Assembly: GCF_902459465.1 (NCBI RefSeq)
Contig: NW_022985693.1
Coordinates: forward strand, 1,178,001 to 1,242,000
Reading direction: 5' to 3'
Length of the DNA: 64,000 bases
Source of the DNA: Asterias rubens
Taxonomy: Eukaryota
In this document: positions 13,501 through 25,500 of the stretch, piece after piece
Layout of the letters: every line of letters begins with the position of its first letter
Position numbering within the stretch: position 1 is the first letter of the stretch
The notes under the pieces: generated by a model
Told to the model about the DNA's origin: nothing
Database searches by the model: none
What the model saw: only the letters and a program-made list of their open reading frames with translations
Made by a program: the position numbers and the translations under genes

Positions 13501-16500
13501 CCCTATGTGGATTTGGGTTTTTAGTCCCTACCTGACTGTGTGGGTTTTCCTCCCACATCTAAAACTGAAACTTCCTTCCTTATCTTTTCTCCATTGGGTT
13601 ATTGGGTAATAAACTGATTAAGTTCGCTTTTCTGAGAGTACTTGGCTTCACAACCAGAATCAATAAATTAAAATGGTCGCAAACGCTCATTTTAAGACAG
13701 TCTGGACTCAACAACAATTGAGTTATGTTGCAGTAAATGCTGCCATTTTTAATCAGTTTTACATTTTGTTTTCTATCACAGTGTTAGATGCCGATAGAGA
13801 TTATGTGTCATGTCACTTAGCAACCAATCCGGATGACATTGCAGACTCATGTCACTCACTGTGTGATTTTCGTGTGCCAAATATTGAGCTGAATCCAGAC
13901 AATGCTATGGTAAATCGTGATATTTTATTTCAAGATATTTCAAGATATTTTATTTCTGTAAAATCCTTTTTTTACAAGGTACAGACAGCATTGATGCAAA
14001 CTTACTCTTTATTATTTTGGTTATAGGGTTGCATTCTGCAGGTGACTGCTTCTGGTTCCAGATCACAATATGCTGTTGCCTTGGTGGTACAGGACAGACA
14101 ATTGCCTTCTTCGAACCCCTTGAGCAGTGTTCCCCTCCAGTTTGTGCTGGAGTACTATGGAACTGATAATGAACAATGTGCACCTAGACCAACCTTTGTA
14201 CCTGACACCCCAGAATATGGTATCGTTGTAGTTGCCCAACCAACAGAAGCTGGTATGTCTGGAAGTATAACTATCGTTGTTCGAAGTTCTGCTGATGGGG
14301 AGTCGTAAGTTGAGATTCAGCTGTTTTTTATAATGAGAACAATTTGTTGCATTCTTTAAGTTATGGTGTGTGTATTGTTGTGAAAGTGTAAGCAAAAGTA
14401 AAGCAAGTGAGGTATTTGTCAAAAAAATACGGGTTGTTAACAAAAGCAAAACCCAGAGGTTTCCACTGATGATGTGGGACCCAAATTAATACAATGAACT
14501 GATGCAAAATAATTTGTCTATTGCTACAGCATTACTGACATTGTGACGCTCTCTCCACTCAACACAAGAAAGACAGAATTGACCACAATAAACGATAGAG
14601 AGGCTTCAATTGAAGTTACCTTTATACAGGGAGCTGAGCAACCCGGTAGCCATTCCATGTGCTTCTATGGTAACCAGACCAATGGGTAGGTCTCAACTTT
14701 GACTAGCTTTTAAACCTGACACTCTGTGTTTAACCTTGTAGGGCCTTGTAACACAACAATGCAACTTGGAGGCAACCAACTGCAGTGCATGCTGCAGACC
14801 CACTTCATTAGTACATGAGTAATTTTTTAAACATTGTCCCCCCGATCCCCAAGAAAAATATTTGAACAGTTGTAGTGTCTTTCTTCTTGGAGACTGCCTT
14901 GAACTGGTTGCTTGCAAACTTCCTCATGTGACATCGCCCTATGATTTTTTACTCAACTCCCATGAACAAATTCCGAGTTTGTAAAAGATTCACAAAGATG
15001 GTAAATGTATAACTTGTTTCAGATGAGGCTGTCCTTGTGCAAAAAGTAAAAGGATAAAAACTGTAAACTCAAAAGTGAGGAACATAATCAATTAAAAGTG
15101 ATTTTAAAATTTTCTTTTATCTGGGCGTCATTCCACCATTTAATTTGGTAAAACAGTTTTTAAAAATAAATTGGAACTTTAAAGCTGTTAAAATGGTCCT
15201 TCTTATTGCAGAATCTCCTCTGAAATTCGTTGCATTACTGTGGCATTTGATGGTAAGTAATCTGTGTTAGTTTTATTCCCTTTATTATAAGTTCAAAAAA
15301 TAGTTAATGGCCTGACGTTTCGACCCTAGCAGAGTCTTTCTCGAAGGCTAAATGACAACACAACAAACATGAACAGGTAACTAAGTGAAACATAAGCAGT
15401 GAAGTGGAAATACATGAAAAAAGCAAGGGGTAAAAATGAATAGGGGGACAAAAAAAGGGGGGTGGGGTGAAGGGAAGGGACTGGCTTGACCACAAGCAAG
15501 AAGATGGAAACACAAAGGACAAAATCAAGGGTGGGGAGGTGGGGTAAAAAAGTAATTAATTGGTACATGAGGCCCAGGCTTAAAGGCTATGGGGAAAAAG
15601 GAGACGGCAAAACAAAAGGTTTATTAGCCGTTTCCTTTATTCTAAGTTCTGACATTGTGAATGGCATACATTCAGTCATCAAAATAAAACACACATTTAG
15701 ACATTTGTGATTGAAATTGAAAGATAGGATATGAACAAAAACACCCTTTTACATAATTAATTGTTGTGCTTTCAGATGCTTGAGAAAAGCCTCAGGCCTG
15801 AAGTCTTTCAGATTCAAATATTTCAGTGAGAAGTTACCTCTTTCTCAAGAACTATGCTACTTCAGAGGAGTTGTTTCTCATAATGTTTTATACACGTACT
15901 ATCAATAGCTCTCTGTTGCTTATTACCAAGTAAGTTTCTATGCTGATACATATTTTGAGAAATTACCAAACGTGTCTAGTAGATATAATTTATGTAGATG
16001 TGTTTACTAGATGGTAGTATTGGATAAACTCACAAAGTTGACTGCAACCTTTCATACACTTTCATATGTTGTGTTGTATTGTTGTGATTATGTTACAGTG
16101 ACTGCACCACAGATCGTTTTGGATGCAGTTTTTCCAAATGTCGGTGAAGCAGTCGATCCAAATTTCGAGTTTTTTCAGATCGTGTTTAATCAAGAGGTAG
16201 TGAATTCTCAGTATTTTATTCTTACTTGGATGTAAATTAATACTACTGAATGGGCTTATAATCAATTTATTTTGCCATATATGTGTGTAAATTTATTTGC
16301 CTTACATCAAAAATTCTTTTTTTTTTGTCATTACAAAAGGAAAACACACAATAAGTATCTGGAAATGATTGAAGTGAATTAACGTTGCTTTTCAAGATTA
16401 AAAAGCAAACTTTAACTTGTAAATAAATTTATCCTCACCTATATCTTGATGGATCAAATCATCAGCTAGCATTTATTTTTCAGATTTTGTTTTGAACAAG

Positions 16501-19500
16501 TTTATTTGATACACAAAAAAGATATCAGGACACTGTGGTGTCTAATTTTCTCAATGTGTCTGCTACCTCTCTAGGTGAAAAGGCCTTTGCAGGATCGCTT
16601 TATATCTCTCTTCAATTCCATTGACGATAGTAATCCTGTTCAAGTCTTCAATACATTTGAATCAGAACTGCTGGTATTTCCTGAGAGGAACAGTGGCAGT
16701 GGTACAATACCTATGAATGTCAATACACCATTGGATCCAGGAGAGTATTACTTTGTTGCAGATGAAGGGGCTGTTGTTGGATCAGCTATTGGTGGTCTAG
16801 ATTCAGAGGCACTTGCATCAAATGTTTGGCATTTTAGCGTCACTGGTAAGAAAATTGTTGATCCGAAACAAGTGATTTATTAATTAAAATTTCTGTTGCG
16901 GGTTTCTTTCTGTTGATGATCCGGCTTGTATTTTCTGTATTATTGCTTCTTTGATAACAAATCTCTTGTTACTATGAAACATTTACCATCTTTTCAATAC
17001 AGGTATTCCTCCTGACCCATGTCTAACCCCTGAACTGTGCCAAAATGGTGGAACCTGTGATCCATTACCAGAAAACAGTGGCTTCACCTGCTTATGCTCT
17101 ACTGACTTCAAAGGAGCCAATTGTGAAAACCGTATGTCTGTCAAATTATTTTTATCTTTTAATAAAGTGTTTATTTCAACATTTAATGTAATCCATATAC
17201 CTAAAAGCATTATCAAAACAATGTGCTTGGTTGGATCAGGCTTATATGAAGAACTTTGTTATTAATATTTGGATTTTAATTAAGCTCTGTGTATACTTAC
17301 TACTCTCCCAAGCTCTGTAATAAAGAAATCCACAGGCATATCAATTGAGTCAAATTCAATTTGTGATTGTGCAATGCTAGAGCAGATGTCTTGCAAGTAG
17401 ACAACCAAACTAGCCTTGGGCTGGAAGGTGTGCGAATTTTATATTTTAGCGGCAGGTACCCCAACGATATGGGCAAAAAACATATTCTTTATTGCTGGTG
17501 CAAATTTAACATCTGTTAACTTGTAGATAGTGAAAAATTTACTGATATGGTTGTACACAACATTTGTTGAAAGAATATTCTTGAGTGAATGATGGTCCTT
17601 CATCAGTTTACAGATGAATCAAATTTTGTTTTTTAAAAGGTGCTCATAAGATGTTTGTCTTTTGTTTTTTTGTATAGAAAATCCATGTAGTGTTTCAGCA
17701 GATGTTTGTCAAAACGATGGAGTATGTGAACCGAATGGTGATTTCACTGACTATTCTTGCGATTGCCTTCCAAACTTTGTGGGTGAAAGCTGTGAAAATG
17801 GTAATAATGTTATTGTCTTGAAAGTCTGTTTTGCTGAAATATGAGTATAAATAATTTTAGTTGTGTGAAAATAAGCATTTTGAAAGCCCTTATCCAGTGC
17901 TTTTCAGAAAGATTCTGTTACGTCATCACTCATGATACGCCATGTGTGGGAGCTCCAATTTGGATTGGCGCTTGCTGTTTGGTTTTGTTTGGTGTGATTT
18001 TCAACAGGAGATGCCATTGAAAATTTTTGAGGAAAACGCGGTTGAACATGTTCTTTTTTTGCTTGTTGAAAATTTAATCTATGCAAAACAAGTAGGCCTT
18101 AAAGTCACCTGGAAATAGAATTTTTTTTCTTCAAACATTAGGGTATATGCCTCGATCTAACATCAAACACACGTATGTGCAAGTACATGCAAGTCCCAGT
18201 AGTGAGTTTGTATGTTTGGAAGAAAAAAAAACTTCTTGCATTTTTCCGGCAATGTCGACCAGGTGTATTGCTACTGGATGAAGCAAAACAAGTAAAGATC
18301 GGGTCAGTTTGCAAAGTGGTCCGGTCCGACGTCTTTTCTAGCGCTTCGTGCTTCGAGAATCCAGAATACACCACACGTTTTGACATAAAGAGAAAAGTTC
18401 TTTTCTAAAACATGACGCCATCCCAACAATTTTTCCAGCTAGTGGGAAGTCGAAGAAGGTACCTGAAAGATGTGATGAACCTAAAGGAGCATCTGCCTAA
18501 TGTGAAAAAAATTTGGTATTGTTTCAACTTTGAGGGCATGTTTTTAGCTTGCACCAAGCGTCAATATCTTGTGTTGGCACTGCATGCGATTCAACGTGCT
18601 GGGTAATCCGAGTGGACCGTCCGCACAGCAGCCATACAGTGCGTGCAGTCTGCTCCGTGACAGTAGTTCTGTACGTAGACATCATACCGATGAGGTACCC
18701 AGATGTAGTGTACGGGGCTAGACTACACATTTTCTCTTTATTTTTGTTTATTCATATTCCACTCATTAAGACACATATCATAGTGGCAAAAGCTTTATTT
18801 TGACAAAAAACCACTTCCAGGTGACTTTAAGAGAGGATTTAAACATGTGTGTTAAAGACAGTGTACACTATTGGTAATTGACCAGTCTTCTCACCTGGTG
18901 TATCTCAACATATGCATAAAATAACAAACCTGTGAAAATTTGAGCTCGATCGGTCGTCGGAGTTGCGAGATAACTATGAAAGAAAAAACACCCTTGTCAC
19001 ACGAAGTTGTGTGCTTTCAGATGCTTGATTTCGAGACCTCAAGTTCTAAACTTGAGGTCTCAAAATCAAATTCGTGGAAAATTAATTCTTTCTCCAAAAC
19101 TATGGCACTTCAGAGGGAGCTGTTTCTCACAATGCTTTATACTATCAACCTCTCCCCATTACTCGTTAGCAAGTAAGGTTTTGTGCCAATAAATATTTTG
19201 AGTAATAACCAATAGTGTCCACTGCCTTTAAGGTGAAGCATCCGACTCAAGCTAAATTTTAAAGAAGCATATGGACAAGAATAAATACATTCCTGAATTT
19301 AACCAATTAATAATGACACTGAACATTTCATAGTCTGATTTATTGTTTTGGGGTTAAGATTGCTAAATCAGTTGACAAGTTTATTGGCAGTAGTTGTAAC
19401 ACTGGGATTTTAAACATTGTTTATTGATGTGTTGTTGTTTTACAGGGAACCCATGTTTGTCTGCACCATGTCTAAATGAAGCAGTATGCACCCCATCGCT

Positions 19501-22500
19501 TGCAAACACTGAGTATACCTGTAGCTGTGCTAGTGGATTCATGGGCACACACTGTGAAAATGGTAATAAAACAACCCAAACTGATAAATATAACTAGTTC
19601 TTTAAATTAGTGCCCTGGATGTCATTGGGCCAATACTATTATTATTATTATTATTATTATTATTTCATTTTATCACAGCATGCAAAAGAAAGATCTCATT
19701 TTCCTTTGTGCCGGTAACTCCTCGAGTCGGGCTACGTCCCGTAGCCTTAGATCTCAAGGGTCTTTCTCAGGATCCTCGCTGTTCCCAAAAGCGCTGCCTT
19801 CTGTAACAGATCTACCCTCACATTTGTCCCTATTTCATCTAGATGTTTCCCCAGTGCTTTGGGAATGGTGCCAAGTGCTCCAACCACCACGGGGACTACT
19901 TTTACCTTTACCTGCCAAATCTTACGAAGTTCCCTGGCCAGGTCCTGGTACTTCTCGATCTTTTCCATCTCCTTCGAAGCTACCCTTGTATCACCTGGCA
20001 CAGCTATGTCAATGAGATGACACATCTTCTTCGTCTTATCTAATAGCACAACATCCGGACGCCTATGTTGTATAACATGATCGGTCTGAATGTTAAAGTC
20101 CCATAGGATCTTGACCTGGTCGGTCTCTACAACTTTCTCCGGAACATGGTCGTACCATTTCGCAAGCACTTTGACACCATACTTCTTACACAGATCCCAG
20201 TGAATCACCTTGGCCAGCTTGTCATGTCTTCCTTTGTACTCCGTCTGGGCCATCTTACTGCATTCGCTAACAATATGAAATACAGTCTCCTCTGCTTTAT
20301 TGCACATTCTACACATAGGAGAGACGTTTGCTTTCTCTATCCTTGCCTTCATTACATTTGTCCTTAGAGACTGGTCTTGCGCCGCAGTAATCGCAGTAAT
20401 TATTATTATTACTCATGGTTTGTTAAAACACTGCAATACAGCAGCTAAAAGCCGAAATGTACAGTTTACGAAAAAAAGGCATTAAAAATATTACTAGGGG
20501 CCTATTATATCAAAAATATGTACACACAGGCAACAAATTTGTGACAGAAAAATATTAAAAAGAGCACAAAAACATTCTGATTAGATTAAAAATCAACTAT
20601 CGCTGAGCTAATGTGTTGCTCATAAGGCTTTTTCAAACACAAAATCAACCTCTACCCTTGCATGTACCCATTTATTCCCCTGGATGAAGAGAAACAAATG
20701 TAGTAAAAGCATCTTGCTCAAGGACATGATGTCATGATCGGGATTTAACCCCAACTCTGATGACTTAACCACCATAATTTGAATTTGATGCTCTTAACCG
20801 CTCGGCCATGACACCCTACAACCTAAACTAAAGCTACCATTGTTTTTCTCCATTTTGCCCATCTATTCAGGTAAACTTGTTGATTTGTTGTGTATTTTTT
20901 ATTACAGAGGATCCATGTCTGGCTTCACCGAGTGTTTGTCAAAACAATGGAGTGTGTGCGCCTATAAGTGAAAATACAGACTTTCAGTGTACATGTGTAG
21001 GTGCATTCATTGGCAAAGACTGCTCAGATCGTAAGTTATAGAATTGGCAATGCATTGTACATTATTGTAAATAGAATATAATGGAGAGCATTATTATCGT
21101 TGTGATTTTTACAAATATGTATTGCTTACTTAATATAGATCCGTTGCATAACTCGAATTGCTACAGGAACGCTGAGGTTACATTTGTTTATTCAGAACTA
21201 CTCATTGTTTATTTGAAGTAATGGTTCATTGCTTTACTTTCCATACAGCACTTCCAATTGATCCCTGTTCTGTTCCTATGCTCTGCGAAAACGGTGCAAC
21301 ATGTCATACACTGCCAGGCGAATATAACTACACATGTGAATGTGCAGAGGGATTTATGGGTCGGAACTGCAGAGACGGTAACTATTAAATGTTTAAAGGT
21401 TCAATGACCTCATAAAGCTGCTTAGTAGTAACTTCCATTATGATTCTTGGCAAATGGGAGATCAGTTAAAGGCACTGAACACATTTGGTAGTTGTCAAAG
21501 ACCAGTCTTCTCACCTGGTGTATCCCAACATAAGCATAAAATAACAAGCCTGCGGAAATTTGAGCTCAATTGGTCACCGAAGTTGTGAGAGAGTGATGAA
21601 AGAAAAAACACCCTTGTTGGGTGAATTTGTGTGGTTTCAGATAGGAATAAAATATTTCTGGCTAGAAGTCTTTTTTTTATTCTAGTGAGAAATTACCTCT
21701 TTCTCAAAATCCATGCTATTTCAGAGGGAGCCTTTTCTCACAATGTTTGATACTATCAACAGCTCTCCAATGCTTGTTATCAAGTAAATTTTTAAGTTCT
21801 TGATTTGGAATCTATTTTATTAATAACTGAAATGAAAATAATTAATTCCTTATGCAGAATTTGAATGTCCTGATTCTGCTAGTTACTCATCATGCATAGC
21901 TCCATGTGGTCCTACATGTTATGACCCGATTGGTGGGTCAGGGGAGAATTGTACAGATCCTTGCACTGAGGGTTGTGTTTGCAATGAGGGATACCTTCTG
22001 GAGGATGACCTTTGCATACCAGCTTCTGAATGTGGGTGTTTGTGGACTGAACAGTATATTCAGGTAAGATATCTTTAGATATATTATTTTGGGTTCTTTG
22101 TAAATTGTTCGGTTGTCCCCTTTGTTTTTGAGGGAGGGGCGGGGGGGGGGGGGATGTTTCCAAACATTTTGTGTTGTGTTTGAAATAATATACAGTCGAC
22201 TCCCGTTAAAACTTTGGTTGCAGGCAGTTTATTGCCAATACTTACATTAAGAGTCTTGATTTTCGTTGGTAACCACCCGTTCAATGCTGGATGGTTCATT
22301 GCTAACGCAAGATACCAGGGAAGATTTTGCTGTTTCGTGTCATATTGCTCATGCATATGTGTGCACGTGCAATACACCTAGCCGCAGCTAGCAGGTTACT
22401 AAAAATAGAATCTTGATTTTCCATGTCCTTTTGCATTAAATAGTATTGATCATGCAACTAAATGCTTGTAAGTTGCGGGTGTTTCTTTTCTTCTGCAAAT

Positions 22501-25500
22501 GCATAATGCACTTATAAACTCAGTGGATCAGTATCTCTTTTAAAGATTTCTCGCTTGTTTTAACCATGCAAGCTTCCTAATCCCACCATTGTCCATAGTT
22601 TGGAATTAACAACCTTGCTTGCTGACTCGTGACTCCCGGTTTCGGTTTAGTGTTGCTAGCGGTAGCGTCCACTTTACACCTCTATTGTATGTCATTTTAT
22701 ATAGACAGACTTTGAACTAAAGCTTTTTTGTTCTTCCCCACAGCTTCACGGTGTGGTTGTGAATCACAACTGCACAGAGAGATGTTCATGTGTTTCTAAT
22801 GGCACATTAGAGTGTGTGAGCATTGAATGTGCTGATGATGCTACATGTGCCATGAGAGATGACCACCATTACACCTGTATGTGTAATGAGGGTTTTGAAG
22901 GCAATGGTATGGAGTGTCAACCAGGAACTAGTAAGTAGGAATTCTCTCAAAAAAAGTGCTGTTTGGGGTCTTACCTATGAATGGTGGCCAATACTGAGTT
23001 TTGTTCAAAATGATAAATGATATTCCCTCATATGAAGCATTGTGTCAGTATAGCAGTTTCTTTAAGGCAGTCTATACCTTTGGTTTTTGGAACTGTTCGA
23101 TTGTTTTAATCTATTCAATAAAATTAACCTGTGAAAAGTTTGTTTCAAAAGGTGGTCACGTTTTTTGAGATATTGCCCAAAACTCCAGAGCGAATTTGTC
23201 CACACAGGAAGAATAATTCCCATTTCAAATTTGTTGGGATAACCATAGCTCTTTGAAGTGAAATGTTTCTCAAAATGCATTATACTATCTAAAGCTGCTG
23301 TACTTCCTACCACTTAAATTTGTCATTGCAATAATTTTTAGTAATTACGAAACGTATTCAGACTCTCTTACACCCTCATACCTCATACATGTCATATGAG
23401 CATACAAGTGATTATTTAGGTCATTCTTGATATACTACTCAATGGTGTTTAAACTTCTATTGTGATTCTTCCTTGTATAAAGGATTTGATGAACAGGAAA
23501 CCTGCACCACACCAGAGTGTAAAAGAGGTTGTTTCAGCTCCCCAAACTACCCTGAAAATTACAGACAGCGCTGGACTAAACAGTACATTGTAAATGTACC
23601 TGGGGCTATGTACTACACAGTCAAATGTGATGAGATCTTCCACATTGAAGAGATCCGAGATGCTTTGTATGTTGGACCTGAAAATCCACCTCCCTCAAAC
23701 ACCTTGCCTATTGATCCTGAGGAGCCAATACTCCTGTTTTATGGTGAAACACCTCCTGATAGATTCTTAGTTGACAGTGGTGAAATGTGGATGTACTTCA
23801 TTACTGACAGGTTGGAAGAGCATGAAGGCTGGAGATGCTGCTGGATTGCTGGTAAGTTTCATAGCAAACTTTTTCTCTTGAAACTTACTAAATGAACCAA
23901 CATTGAGACTTTTTGATGGGTTAAGGAAATATGACAAGGATGATGGTAATGTCACAAAAGTCACTCTTGTGGTAGAAATAATTATATATTCAATGGATTT
24001 GAGCTTTTTTTCAAGGTATGGTGGACACTATAGGAATGCATTGTTTGGTTTGATTTTATATATAAAATTACTCAAACCAATTGGTACCCTAAGTAATGTA
24101 TCCAACACATCTCCAAATGGCTTACTGAACCTCATGAAAGAGACCTAAGTGCTGTTAATCCCATAATGTTTGTCTCTTCTGTTAATCTCATAATGTTTGT
24201 CTCTTCGTCATACACTCTGTTAGTTCATTATTACCACTAGGGGCTGTCAAGAAAACGTGTTCTTTAAAATATTGAGTGTAACTGAATCCATGTTGACAAA
24301 TGTGGGCTAGATGGCTTAGTTGGTGGAATGCTGGCACGTTAATCTGGAGGTCGTAAGCTCAAGTCCTGCTCTAGTCAATATTTGCCTTTGTCCATCCCAA
24401 AGTTATTTAATGGTTACCCAGTCAGTTTTCCTTCTGTTATTACTTGAATCTGTATTTATAATATTTTTTTTTAAATCTCAGATGATCCATGTTGGGAAGA
24501 CCCATGTATGAATGATGGGCAATGTGAAGGACATGATGATGGATCCTACTCTTGTGTGTGTGTCGGAGGCTGGAGGGGTCAAAACTGTGAACTGGGTAAA
24601 TACTCTTCATTCTTCACAGTGCTGGGCATTTTAGTCGTTCATTAATATTTCTCCCCGAGCAGCTCCAAATCACCACCATAATGTATTGCAAATGAATGAA
24701 TCCCATTTGTGGCGTACAATATTGTTTGAGCATCAATGTAGCATACTAAAAGTGAGATTTAGTGCCATTGAATGTGTCATTGTTTGTACTTACAATGTAA
24801 GCTGACAGATCAATGGTCAGCTGTATAAGTATTAAAACCTGAAGATAACCAGAGAATACTGAATAATAATAATAATAAAACTGGGTTCTTATATAGTGCT
24901 TTATCACAACCCTTTGGTTCTATGAAAGATCTTTGTATTTTTTTCTACAAAGTATGTGCAGCTACGTCTGAAGTATGAGACCTGTTCCTTCATAGCACCA
25001 TGTAATGGTTTTCAAGGGTCTTTCACGGCGCAATATGCTGAGCTGATCAAACCAGGAACACCATTGTGAACCTCTTCTCTTTACAGCATTTTCATGTCCA
25101 CTGTGTTATAACCTAACTTGCTTGCTTGCTTAAGTCGAGTGATGTCCTCGAATCACGATGGTTCCCCAAGCCTTTCTGTCCCCCATTGCTGACTAGTGAC
25201 TTGAAATCTGCTGATTCAAGTCCTGTGTCGATTTTGAGAATGTCGGTGTATGTTAGTGCAGGTGTACCAGGTTTCCTCTTCCCATGCTTATAGGGGTCCA
25301 CAGAACAATATTGGACACTGGTTCGTTGTTGCTCCTGTAGCAGTGGCCAGCAAAACGCATCCTTCTCTGTCTGATTTTTGTTGATAGCTTAGGTAGGTTC
25401 CCATAAAGGACTTTGTTAGTCATATGTTGACTCCAGTGGATGTTAAGAGCTGTTCTTAATAGCCTTGTGTAGCACCCATTTATCTGCTTTTACAGAATCT

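Noticed and set aside
14253-14258. Earlier donor GTATGT for exon 5
   Set aside because: Would give phase 1, incompatible with phase-2 exon 6; the donor at 14305 keeps the frame. A minor isoform is not excluded.
19680-20485. Plus-strand ORFs opposite the R4/Dong ORF; likewise 52607-52937 opposite Penelope
   Set aside because: Antisense shadows of transposon coding sequence.
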